A DNA stretch of 64,000 nt, taken from Phycisphaeraceae bacterium (GTDB taxonomy: Bacteria; Planctomycetota; Phycisphaerae; Phycisphaerales; Phycisphaeraceae). The stretch covers positions 5,440,001-5,504,000 of the forward strand of contig OY771506.1 in NCBI GenBank assembly GCA_963674705.1, written 5' to 3'. The notes under the pieces were generated by a model that was not told the origin of the DNA, made no database searches, and saw nothing but the letters and a program-made list of their open reading frames with translations. The number at the start of each line of letters is the position of its first letter. Within the stretch, counting starts at the first letter, position 1. The position numbers and the translations under genes were made by a program. Below, piece by piece: positions 22,518 through 30,805 of this stretch.

Positions 22518-24047
22518 CTACTGCCCTTCTTTCGGCATCTTCAGCCTTGGGTCAGCAAGATCGAGCCGGTACATGATCTGGTTGTAGTTGTAACGCGGGG
22601 TGGGGAACTTCGCCCCGGAGAAGGTGTCGGCATAGGTACCTTCGAAGTAGATGATCCGACCACCATCCTCGGCAAAGTATGGGTGCTGCTTGGGATTGTA
22701 AAAAGTGTAGTCGTTGTGGGTCACGATCTTGATCGCCCGGGACCAGGGGCCGTGCGGCTGGTCTGCTTCGCAGTACCAGACCTCGCCTAGCATTGAGTTA
22801 CCCATGAGTTGAACCGCGATCATGACCCACTTCTGGCGGTACTCATTCCATGCCACAGACCCGCCGTGCAGCGTGATAGGCGTTTCAGTCAGGGCGGCGC
22901 GTGTGTCGATCCAGGCTTCGCTTTTCTTGAGTTGGCCGGCTTCGATGAGTGCTTTTTGTCTTTCGTAATCGATCCACGAGGTATTCTGTTTCCAGGCCCA
23001 GACGGCGTGGCCGAAGTCATCGCGTTCGATCTGGATGTGCGGGCCGAAGCGTGTGCCGGGCTTGAGGCAAGTGAACGACTCATACGCTGTCGGGTCCAAC
23101 ACCGCCGACCATTCCGCCCGGACGCGCCGAAGCGGATAAGGCGAGGCGAAGTAGTAATACCGCTGCCCATGCGCCGTTGCCTCGAACGGATGACCGACCG
23201 GGTGCAGCTCTTGCTCATCATCCAAAGGTTTGAGCTTGACGAAGGTTTCAGTGTCGTCGTTGTAAACCACGATGCTGTGATCGAGGCGTTCGGCGAGCGA
23301 ATGCATGTGGCTGGCGTGTGCGATCATGCGCTTGGCGCCGGTGTCATCAGTGATGACCATCAGGCCGTCGAGCCAGTAGAGCCCGTTCTTGACGTCGGGG
23401 AACGGGGCCATGGGCCTGCTGAAACCCTTGTCGTCCACGAAGTAAGTCAGGTTGACGCCGACGGACGGATCGAGCCCGCCGTCTTTCGGCAACGTTGAGA
23501 TAGCGCCGGCTGTGCGGAAGTGACCGAGCGGGTAGGCTTCGCGCGAGGTGTCGCCCCAGAACCAGTAGAGCTTGCCGTTGTAGATCGCGTTGAGGACGGA
23601 ATCCTGCCCGACGACCCGGCCGTTGAATACGGGATGAATGATGGGCGTGTCGTGCCCGAGCAGGACGGAATCGCGATAGATGCCCTGGCCGGTCACGCGG
23701 TACAGCCGCTGAGCGATGTTGATGCGTTTGATCTCAATGGTGGCGGTGGCGCCGGGCGTGGTGCGTAGCGCTTTGCCGCGATTGTTGAAGCCGTCGGCGG
23801 GGTATTCGTAGCCGTGGCTTGAGATGTAGAAGTAGACCTCGCGGTCCATCAGCCCGGGCTCATCAAACGCGACGTAGCCGGCGCTGTCGGTGTAGTAACG
23901 CACCTGGTTCGTAGAGCGGAGTTCGACCAAAGGCACGCCCCGGCCGGTCTCGGTATCGACGACTTGGATCGCGAAGTAATCACTCGGTTTAGAAAAGGCG
24001 ACCGAGGCTGTGAGTAACAAAAGAAGTGAGATGAGCCATCCGTACAT
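22518..24047 (-). CDS. Secreted hypothetical protein, probable beta-propeller (DUF4185-like C-terminal part)
   Basis: Signal peptide from ATG 24047; YWFWGDT, SVAWNEYRQKWVM, A..P.GPWS, YNPKQHP. Confidence 0.6.
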   Translation of the reverse strand: MYGWLISLLLLLTASVAFSKPSDYFAIQVVDTETGRGVPLVELRSTNQVRYYTDSAGYVAFDEPGLMDREVYFYISSHGYEYPADGFNNRGKALRTTPGATATIEIKRINIAQRLYRVTGQGIYRDSVLLGHDTPIIHPVFNGRVVGQDSVLNAIYNGKLYWFWGDTSREAYPLGHFRTAGAISTLPKDGGLDPSVGVNLTYFVDDKGFSRPMAPFPDVKNGLYWLDGLMVITDDTGAKRMIAHASHMHSLAERLDHSIVVYNDDTETFVKLKPLDDEQELHPVGHPFEATAHGQRYYYFASPYPLRRVRAEWSAVLDPTAYESFTCLKPGTRFGPHIQIERDDFGHAVWAWKQNTSWIDYERQKALIEAGQLKKSEAWIDTRAALTETPITLHGGSVAWNEYRQKWVMIAVQLMGNSMLGEVWYCEADQPHGPWSRAIKIVTHNDYTFYNPKQHPYFAEDGGRIIYFEGTYADTFSGAKFPTPRYNYNQIMYRLDLADPRLKMPKEGQ

Positions 24048-24140
24048 GGCATTACTATAACCCGGCCGCCCTATTCCGCTACAATCACATCTCGTTTTTT
24101 CTGACCCCACACCCGACACCCCACACCCGATAACCTACCC

Positions 24141-25667
24141 ATGACCGTCGTCACACGCTTCGCACCCAGCCCGACCGGGAACCTGCACATCGGCGGGGCC
24201 CGCACCGCCCTCTTCGCCTGGGCATTTGCCCGTAAACACAGCGGCCAACTGATCCTGCGCCTCGAAGATACCGACCTGGCAAGGTCCACCCCGCAGTCCA
24301 CCCGCGGCATCATCCGCGACCTGACATGGTTAGGACTGGACTGGGACCAGGGGCCTAATCCAAAGTCGCTCGATGGCGGCGATCCGTACGATCGCAGCAG
24401 CCAGCTCGGCGAGCATGGCCCCTACTTCCAATCGCAACGCCACGCCGATGGCATATACGACAAACTCGTCCAGAAACTGCTGGATGAAGGCAAGGCCTAC
24501 GAGGAAGACGACGCGGTGCGGTTCCGCATGGATCGCGACATCGCGTTCGACGATGTCGTCTACGGCCACATCGAAGTCAAAGCCGCCGACCTCGAAGACT
24601 TCATCATCCGCAAAGGCGAAAAAGGCGGAAAGCTGCCGACGTTCCACTTCGCGGTGACGGTCGATGATGCGCTGATGGGCGTAACACATGTGATCCGTGG
24701 GCAGGAACACCTGACCAACACGAGCAAGCACGCGGCGCTCTGCGACGCACTCGGTTTCGATCGGCCGCAATGGGTGCATCTGCCTTCGATCATGAACGCG
24801 GATGGATCGAAGATGAGTAAGCGGGATAAGGCGAAAGCGGCGCGGAAGGCGGCGATTGATGCAGGGCTTGAACCTGCTGATGCTGCGATGAAGGCTTTTC
24901 TTAATAAAGAAAGTGATGACACGAAGGTTGCCGAAGCAATCGCGCAACAATTACATCTGACACTGCCTGAAATCGAAGTCGCAGACTTTAAACGCAGCGG
25001 CTATCTGCAAGGCGTGGTGCTGAATTACATCGCGCTACTTGGCTGGAATCCCGGCGACGGGACAGAGCGTTTTGGTCTGGACTTCCTTGTTGAGCACTTC
25101 GACCTGAAACGCATAGGCAAGAAGAATTCACAGTTCGACCGTGTGAAACTTGCGAAGTTCAACGCGGAAGTGTTGGCTGAAATGGAGCCGGCGAAGTTCA
25201 AGTCGCTACTCAAAGAACACTTTACGACCTATCGTCCGGACTATCTTGAGAAACTAGGTGATAGTGGATTTGAGCTGTTTGCTACCGCCTATCAGGCGCG
25301 CAGCCAGACACTGGACACGCCGGCGGAACTCGGACGGTTTTTTGTCTGCAGTGATGACGAGATCGAATACAACGACAAGGCGGTCAAGAAGAACCTGACG
25401 AAAAACGATGGCGAAGGTTTGAACGTGCTCAAGCAGTTCCGCGAAGTGCTCGCAAAATGCGATGACTGGACGGCGGATTCGCTGCATGACTTGATCGAGT
25501 CATTCACGGCTGAAAAAGAGCTTAAGAATATGGGCAGTGTCGCGCAGCCGCTACGTGTGGCGATGACGGGAAATGCGGTGAGTCCGGAGATCGGGCCGAC
25601 GCTGGAGCTGCTGGGTAAGCAGACGGTGCTTAATCGGATTGATCGGTGTATTAGAGAAGTTGGTTGA
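24141..25667 (+). CDS. gltX: Glutamate--tRNA ligase
   Basis: RFAPSPTG.LHIGG, LRLEDTD, THVIRGQEH, KMSKR, PLRVAMTG..SP. Confidence 0.96.
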   Translation: MTVVTRFAPSPTGNLHIGGARTALFAWAFARKHSGQLILRLEDTDLARSTPQSTRGIIRDLTWLGLDWDQGPNPKSLDGGDPYDRSSQLGEHGPYFQSQRHADGIYDKLVQKLLDEGKAYEEDDAVRFRMDRDIAFDDVVYGHIEVKAADLEDFIIRKGEKGGKLPTFHFAVTVDDALMGVTHVIRGQEHLTNTSKHAALCDALGFDRPQWVHLPSIMNADGSKMSKRDKAKAARKAAIDAGLEPADAAMKAFLNKESDDTKVAEAIAQQLHLTLPEIEVADFKRSGYLQGVVLNYIALLGWNPGDGTERFGLDFLVEHFDLKRIGKKNSQFDRVKLAKFNAEVLAEMEPAKFKSLLKEHFTTYRPDYLEKLGDSGFELFATAYQARSQTLDTPAELGRFFVCSDDEIEYNDKAVKKNLTKNDGEGLNVLKQFREVLAKCDDWTADSLHDLIESFTAEKELKNMGSVAQPLRVAMTGNAVSPEIGPTLELLGKQTVLNRIDRCIREVG

Positions 25668-25796
25668 GTTGAAGGCTATTAACAGATACCCGGACCTTCG
25701 CTGCGCTCAGGACCGGCGTTGGTTGGAGATTTGCGATTAACGATTAGAGATTAGCGATTAAAACCCCTACACCCTAAACCCAAAATCCTACACCCT

Positions 25797-26219
25797 ATGA
25801 AATACTGGTTAATCAAAACCGAACCCGGGGCCTGGTCGTGGGACGATCAGGTTAAGGCGCCGAAGAAGACCACGACGTGGGACGGCGTTCGCAATTACCA
25901 GGCGAACAACAATATGAAAGCGATGGCCAAGGGTGATAAGGCTTTCTTTTATCACTCGGTCAATGAAAAGCAGATCGTCGGCGTTGTGAAGATCGTCAAG
26001 GAACACGAGCCCGACCCGACGGATAAGACCGGAAAGGGTTTTGGCATGGTGAGTGTGCAGGCGATCGAAGAGTGTAAAACGCCGGTGACGCTGGCGGATA
26101 TCAAGGCGGAGCCGAAGCTTGGCGAGATGGTGCTGGTGAAAAACTCACGACTGAGCGTGCAACCGGTGACGGCTGCGGAGTGGAAGATAATCTGTAAGAT
26201 GGCTGGGATTAAGCCGTAA
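25797..26219 (+). CDS. EVE domain-containing protein
   Basis: YWLIKTEP, WDGVRNYQA, GD.AFFYHS, SRLSVQPV...EW. Confidence 0.93.
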   Translation: MKYWLIKTEPGAWSWDDQVKAPKKTTTWDGVRNYQANNNMKAMAKGDKAFFYHSVNEKQIVGVVKIVKEHEPDPTDKTGKGFGMVSVQAIEECKTPVTLADIKAEPKLGEMVLVKNSRLSVQPVTAAEWKIICKMAGIKP

Positions 26220-26222
26220 TAA

Positions 26223-26305
26223 TTCACCGCAGAGTACGCAGAGGACGCGGAGAAGAAGATATTTGTTTGAAAAACCTCTGCGATCTCCGCGTCCTCTGCG
26301 GTGAA
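26223..26305. repeat. Inverted repeat built from 9-mer CGCAGAG-type units
   Basis: TTCACCGCAGAGTACGCAGAGGACGCGGAGA ... CTCTGCGATCTCCGCGTCCTCTGCGGTGAA. Confidence 0.8.
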
Positions 26306-26353
26306 ATAAATGTATTCAACAACACCCGAACCCCGAATACCGAGACCCGAAAT

Positions 26354-27262
26354 ATGTCATTGATCGTAACCGGCAGCATCAGCATCGACACCATCGACAC
26401 CCCCACCGGCAGCGCCGTTGAAGTCGTGGGCGGCTCGAGCATCTACTTTACCGCGGCGGCGAGTTTCTTCGGGCCCGTACGCCTGGTCGGCGCGGTGGGC
26501 GAGGACTTTCCCGATGCGTTTGTGGATGTGTTCACCGAATTCAAGGTCGATGTGACCGGCCTGGAACGTCGCAAAGGCAGCAAGAGCTTCCGTTGGCATG
26601 GGCGTTATCACGAGGATGTGAACATGCGCGACACGGTCAGTGTCGAGCTGAACGTATTGACCGAAGCGCTGCCGCCGATCCCCGAGTCGTTCAAAGATAG
26701 TGGGTATGTATTCCTGGCGGTGACACACCCGGACAATCAGCTGAAGCTGATCGATGCGTTCCCGCAACGTAAGCTTGTCGTCGCGGACACGATCGATCTG
26801 TATATCAACACGACGCGTGATCAGTTGATGGAGGTATTCAAGCAGATCGATGGGTTGATTATCAATGACTCGGAAGCGCAGATGCTGACGGGCGAGCCGA
26901 ACGCGATCGTCGCGGCGGACAAGCTGCTTGAGATGGGGCCGAAGTTCGTGGTGGTGAAGAAGGGCCAGCACGGCGCGATCCTGAAGCACCCTGACGGCGT
27001 GTGCGTGTTGCCGGCGTATCCCGCGAAGGTGGTGATCGATCCGACCGGCGCCGGTGACAGCTTTGCCGGGGCGTTCATGGCTTACCTTGCAGCGAAAGAC
27101 GACACATCGTTTGATACACTCAAAACCGCGATGGCCTACGGCACGACGGTCGCCAGCTTCACCATCGAAGCATTCAGCGTTGAACGATTGCAGAAGCTGA
27201 CGCGCGATGAGATTGATAAGCGGTTTGCTGAGTTTACTTCGATGTTGAAGATTGAAGGCTAA
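26354..27262 (+). CDS. PfkB-family sugar/nucleoside kinase
   Basis: GS...D.I.TP, GGSS.Y, INDSEA, VKKGQHG, DPTGAGDSFAG; start at ATG 26354. Confidence 0.92.
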   Translation: MSLIVTGSISIDTIDTPTGSAVEVVGGSSIYFTAAASFFGPVRLVGAVGEDFPDAFVDVFTEFKVDVTGLERRKGSKSFRWHGRYHEDVNMRDTVSVELNVLTEALPPIPESFKDSGYVFLAVTHPDNQLKLIDAFPQRKLVVADTIDLYINTTRDQLMEVFKQIDGLIINDSEAQMLTGEPNAIVAADKLLEMGPKFVVVKKGQHGAILKHPDGVCVLPAYPAKVVIDPTGAGDSFAGAFMAYLAAKDDTSFDTLKTAMAYGTTVASFTIEAFSVERLQKLTRDEIDKRFAEFTSMLKIEG

Positions 27263-27287
27263 ACCCGGCGAATGAAGGTAAAACCGG

Positions 27288-27322
27288 CCCTCACCCCGGC
27301 CCTCTCCCGGGGGGAGAGGGAG
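27288..27322. repeat. CCCTCACCCC..CCCTCTCCC...GGGAGAGGG palindromic repeat
   Basis: CCCTCACCCCGGCCCTCTCCCGGGGGGAGAGGGAG, a widespread bacterial extragenic palindrome type. Confidence 0.7.
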
Positions 27323-27361
27323 TGAGTACAACGACACATTTATCAATTAAGGTATTTGGTT

Positions 27362-28390
27362 ATGTCAGATGCACCGACCATCCGCTGGGGCATAATTGGT
27401 TGTGGTAATGTCTGCGAGGCGAAGTCCGGGCCGGGCTTTCAGGAGGCGGACGGCAGCGCGCTGACGATGGTGATGCGTCGCACGCCTTTGATGGCGGAGG
27501 ATTTTGCGACGCGTCACGGTGTGCCGAGCTGGACTGGGGATGTGGATACGTTGATCGAAGATGAGGATGTGGACGCGGTGTACATCGCGACGCCGCCGGG
27601 CACGCATTGCGAATATGCGCTTCGGGTTTGTAAGGCGGGTAAGCCTTGCTATGTCGAGAAGCCAATGGCGCGCAACGGCGCGGAATGTGACAGGATGGTC
27701 AAGGCGTTTGCCGAGGCCGGCGTGCCGTTGTTTGTCGCGTACTACCGCCGGGTATTGCCGCGGTTTTTAAAAGCGAAGGAACTTATCGACAGCGGAGCGC
27801 TTGGCGATATTGAGTCGATTATCTATCAGTATGACTCGATGGCTGAGCCGAGTAAGGATCATGGCTGGCGTGTTGATGTTGAGCAATCCGGCGGCGGGTT
27901 GTTTCTGGACCTCGGCTCACACACGCTGGACATCCTGGACTTTTTGCTCGGGCCTTTGCGTAACGTCAGCGGCGAGGCGGGCAACCACGGCGGGCTGTAC
28001 AGCGCCGAAGACCGCATCTCGATGAGCTTCGGTCTGGAAAACGGCGCATCGGGCGTGGCGAAGTGGAACTTCTTTGCCAATCAACATACCGACGAGATCT
28101 GCATCAAGGGCAGCAAAGGCAGCCTGCAACTAAGCACGTTCGGCAATGAGCCGGTTGCGCTAGAAACATCGGGTAAGCGTGAGATGTTCGACCTGCCGAA
28201 TCCGCGCGTGATCCAGCAGCCGTTGATCCAGACGATTGTGGATAGCCTGCGTGATGGCAGCGAATGCCCGAGCACGGGCGAAACAGCGGCAAGGACATCG
28301 CACGCGATGGATAAAGCGCTGGACAGCTATTACGGCGGACGATCGGATGACTTCTGGACACGACCGGAAAGCTGGCCCGGCGGGGATTAA
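27362..28390 (+). CDS. Gfo/Idh/MocA-family oxidoreductase
   Basis: WGIIGCG, VYIATP, YVEKP, GGGLFLDLGSH.LD. Confidence 0.93.
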   Translation: MSDAPTIRWGIIGCGNVCEAKSGPGFQEADGSALTMVMRRTPLMAEDFATRHGVPSWTGDVDTLIEDEDVDAVYIATPPGTHCEYALRVCKAGKPCYVEKPMARNGAECDRMVKAFAEAGVPLFVAYYRRVLPRFLKAKELIDSGALGDIESIIYQYDSMAEPSKDHGWRVDVEQSGGGLFLDLGSHTLDILDFLLGPLRNVSGEAGNHGGLYSAEDRISMSFGLENGASGVAKWNFFANQHTDEICIKGSKGSLQLSTFGNEPVALETSGKREMFDLPNPRVIQQPLIQTIVDSLRDGSECPSTGETAARTSHAMDKALDSYYGGRSDDFWTRPESWPGGD

Positions 28391-28449
28391 GCAGGATAAA
28401 AGGCTTTCTCTAATTACCTCTGCTCTGCGACATTTTGAAGAAGAAAATT

Positions 28450-28597
28450 AGCCACAGATAAACACGGATGAACACAGATAAGAAAAAAACCGGGCTCGTA
28501 CGCTTCATATAAGGATGCTATTGCGGGCTCCTTCCTCTATCTGATAAATCGATTTCTTATGTCTGATATCCGTGTTTATCTGTGTTCATCTGTGGCT
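28450..28597. repeat. Inverted repeat built from 10-mer ACACAGATAA-type units
   Basis: AGCCACAGATAAACACGGATGAACACAGATAA ... TATCCGTGTTTATCTGTGTTCATCTGTGGCT. Confidence 0.8.
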
Positions 28598-29117
28598 CAT
28601 CTTGATTGGGTCGCAAGATTTGCAAAAAAAGCACGAACTTGTCAGTTCAAAAGGAGACCGGAGCGGACAATCTTTGGATTTATTAACCGATAAAAATATT
28701 TATTCCCCGGCAGATAATTAAACAAATCCGGCTTTAAAACCGTATAATAAAGTAGAGCATTTTTCACCTCACTGTGATGTTGCAGTGGGTGCCGCATGGA
28801 TCCGCGGTAAAAATGGTCAATTTACAATACGAAAGACGACTAGCGGATCGCTCGCGGCGCCAGGGAAAAAGGATTGAGGATGCTCAAGACAACTTGATGT
28901 GCCGTTGGGACTAGAGCCTGCACACGATTCGCCATTCTTGATTCATCTATTTATCACGCGACTTAGGACCCACGGCCCTGCCGACGGATGTTCCGTCGGG
29001 TAGCCGCTTCGGGTACGTACTGAAATACGTTTGGGGTATCCGTTCAATCACCGAGCGGCGAAAACCTCTATGTGGTGCGCGATCCGTGCGCCGACATGTC
29101 TGTATGGGAGGTGCGTG

Positions 29118-30353
29118 ATGACCGAATCAGTATCGTCGGAGCCGGCTGTCGTAGAAGTTCGCGGTTGGTGGTCGAGTATCGCTGACCACAATCCTTTCTT
29201 TCTTGTCAGCGGCGTGTTGATGCTGGCCGGCTGTTTCATGATTAACGGCTCGGCGCATGATGATCCGGACGTGGTCTGGCCGGTCGTCGGATTGGTAGGT
29301 GTATTCAATATCTACGAGTTTCTGATCATCGCGCTGGCGATCTACCTGGCGAACAAGAAGCGGTTTTACCGGGATGCGGGATTCCTGCTGTTATTAGAGG
29401 TATTGCTGCTGTGCGATGTGTCGCTGGCATATAACGAACTGATCCTGAAGAACCTGCCGATCGCGCTGGTGGTTTGTTCGATGGCGGTGGCGATGGCGGG
29501 GATGAAGCTATTGATGATCGAACGCGGTTTGCAGTTGCGGACGACCAAGGCCGGGGCGGCGATGCTGACGTTACTGATCGTGTTGCTGTTTCTGTTACCC
29601 ACGATGTTCCGCGAACTGATCCGGCATGAGTGGATACAGGAATGGCATTACTACTTGGTTTGGTGGTTGATTGGCGCGCTTCCGATGGGGATGGTATGGA
29701 CACAACCCTGGTTCCGTGGCCGGCGTAAGTTGGGCAGGTGCAGCCCGGATCGGCTGCGGCACTGGGTTGTGGGTTTGCTGTTTGTGTTGCCTTATGTTTC
29801 GCTGCTATTGCACATGCGGACGGCGTATTACGTGGACGATCGGCCGTTCTACTACTACAACCTCGCGCCGGTGGTGCTGGGGCTTGCGGGGGTGTGGCTT
29901 TATCTACGTGCCGGGGCGTGGAGCTTGCAACGGGTGGTGTCGCTGGGGTATTGCGCGGCCGCGCTGGCGGTCGGGCTGTCGCTGTCCAGTCCACGTGAGA
30001 TGACTATGCCTTTGATCGCACCGGAGGGGCTGGTCCTCTCGCCGTTGCGTGTGGTGCTGGTGATGTCGGCCGCGCTGCTGGGTTATGCCTGGTGGCGGAA
30101 GTCGGCGTGGTCGTGTGTGCCGGGCGCGGTGGTGCTGCTGATGCTGGCGGGGTTAGGAAGCGATGTGCAGGCGATGGGTAAGTCGATCCGGTCGCTGGGC
30201 CAGCGTGTGCGCGGCGTGGGTTCGGACCTCATCCCGGACACGATGCTGGGCTGGGGCGTGCTGGCGGTGATCGGCTCGTTTATCTTCCTGCTGATCGGAG
30301 CCTGGACGAGCCTTGGCCGACGGACGCAGCCGGCCGAGAACAATCGCAGATGA
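29118..30353 (+). CDS. Polytopic membrane protein, hypothetical
   Basis: GGGAGG SD before ATG 29118; about 11-12 hydrophobic segments; N-terminal HNPFFLVS motif. Confidence 0.7.
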   Translation: MTESVSSEPAVVEVRGWWSSIADHNPFFLVSGVLMLAGCFMINGSAHDDPDVVWPVVGLVGVFNIYEFLIIALAIYLANKKRFYRDAGFLLLLEVLLLCDVSLAYNELILKNLPIALVVCSMAVAMAGMKLLMIERGLQLRTTKAGAAMLTLLIVLLFLLPTMFRELIRHEWIQEWHYYLVWWLIGALPMGMVWTQPWFRGRRKLGRCSPDRLRHWVVGLLFVLPYVSLLLHMRTAYYVDDRPFYYYNLAPVVLGLAGVWLYLRAGAWSLQRVVSLGYCAAALAVGLSLSSPREMTMPLIAPEGLVLSPLRVVLVMSAALLGYAWWRKSAWSCVPGAVVLLMLAGLGSDVQAMGKSIRSLGQRVRGVGSDLIPDTMLGWGVLAVIGSFIFLLIGAWTSLGRRTQPAENNRR

Positions 30354-30393
30354 GTCGCTACAATACCCCCCTGCCACGCGAGATGCGTCCCAC

Positions 30394-30480
30394 GGTGGGG
30401 TGCCAGAGTGGTCGAATGGACCGGTTTTGAAAACCGGCGTACGGTTCGCCGTACCGTGGGTTCGAATCCCACCCCCACCG
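30394..30480 (+). tRNA. tRNA-Ser, anticodon UGA (CCA not encoded)
   Basis: GGTGGGG acceptor stem pairing with CCCCACC+G; anticodon arm CCGGT-TTTGAAA-ACCGG; long variable arm GTACGG-TTCG-CCGTAC; GGTTCGAATCC T-loop. Confidence 0.97.
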
Positions 30481-30522
30481 CTTTTAAATCATTCAACCGA
30501 GTCGTTCTGCTTAGAGGAATAA

Positions 30523-30792
30523 GTGTATCGCCATATTCCTATCGCTTTGAATGTTCTCGCTTTTGTTCTTGTAGTTGTATTCTTTTCTGATGCAATACCA
30601 ATTGATTCACCGGTATATTTGCTGGCAGTTCTCTTTGCTGCATGTTTGAATGTTATTTTCGCAGGACTAGCAGCTTACCGATTAATGTACGTTAAGACAT
30701 CAGACGGAAGATGGAAGAATTGGGTCTCATTCTCGTTCGGGATGTTATACCTAACGTCTTTTGTGATCTTCGAATTCATTCGACCTAAATAG
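30523..30792 (+). CDS. Small AT-rich membrane protein, hypothetical
   Basis: 89 aa, three hydrophobic segments, AGAGGA SD before GTG; visibly lower GC than the flanks. Confidence 0.5.
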   Translation: MYRHIPIALNVLAFVLVVVFFSDAIPIDSPVYLLAVLFAACLNVIFAGLAAYRLMYVKTSDGRWKNWVSFSFGMLYLTSFVIFEFIRPK

Positions 30793-30805
30793 GCAAAACC
30801 ACTTC

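Noticed and set aside
26223..28597. CRISPR array suggested by short periodic repeats
   Set aside because: Units are 7-10 nt, arranged as tandem or inverted repeats without unique 30-40 nt spacers; no cas genes.
28955..29006. Cyclic di-GMP-I riboswitch-like string on the minus strand (GGC..hairpin..GCCGTGGGTCCTAAG)
   Set aside because: Lacks the GAAA tetraloop, the GCAAA junction and the 3' P1 strand, and has no downstream minus-strand gene. Kept only as part of the unknown-RNA candidate.
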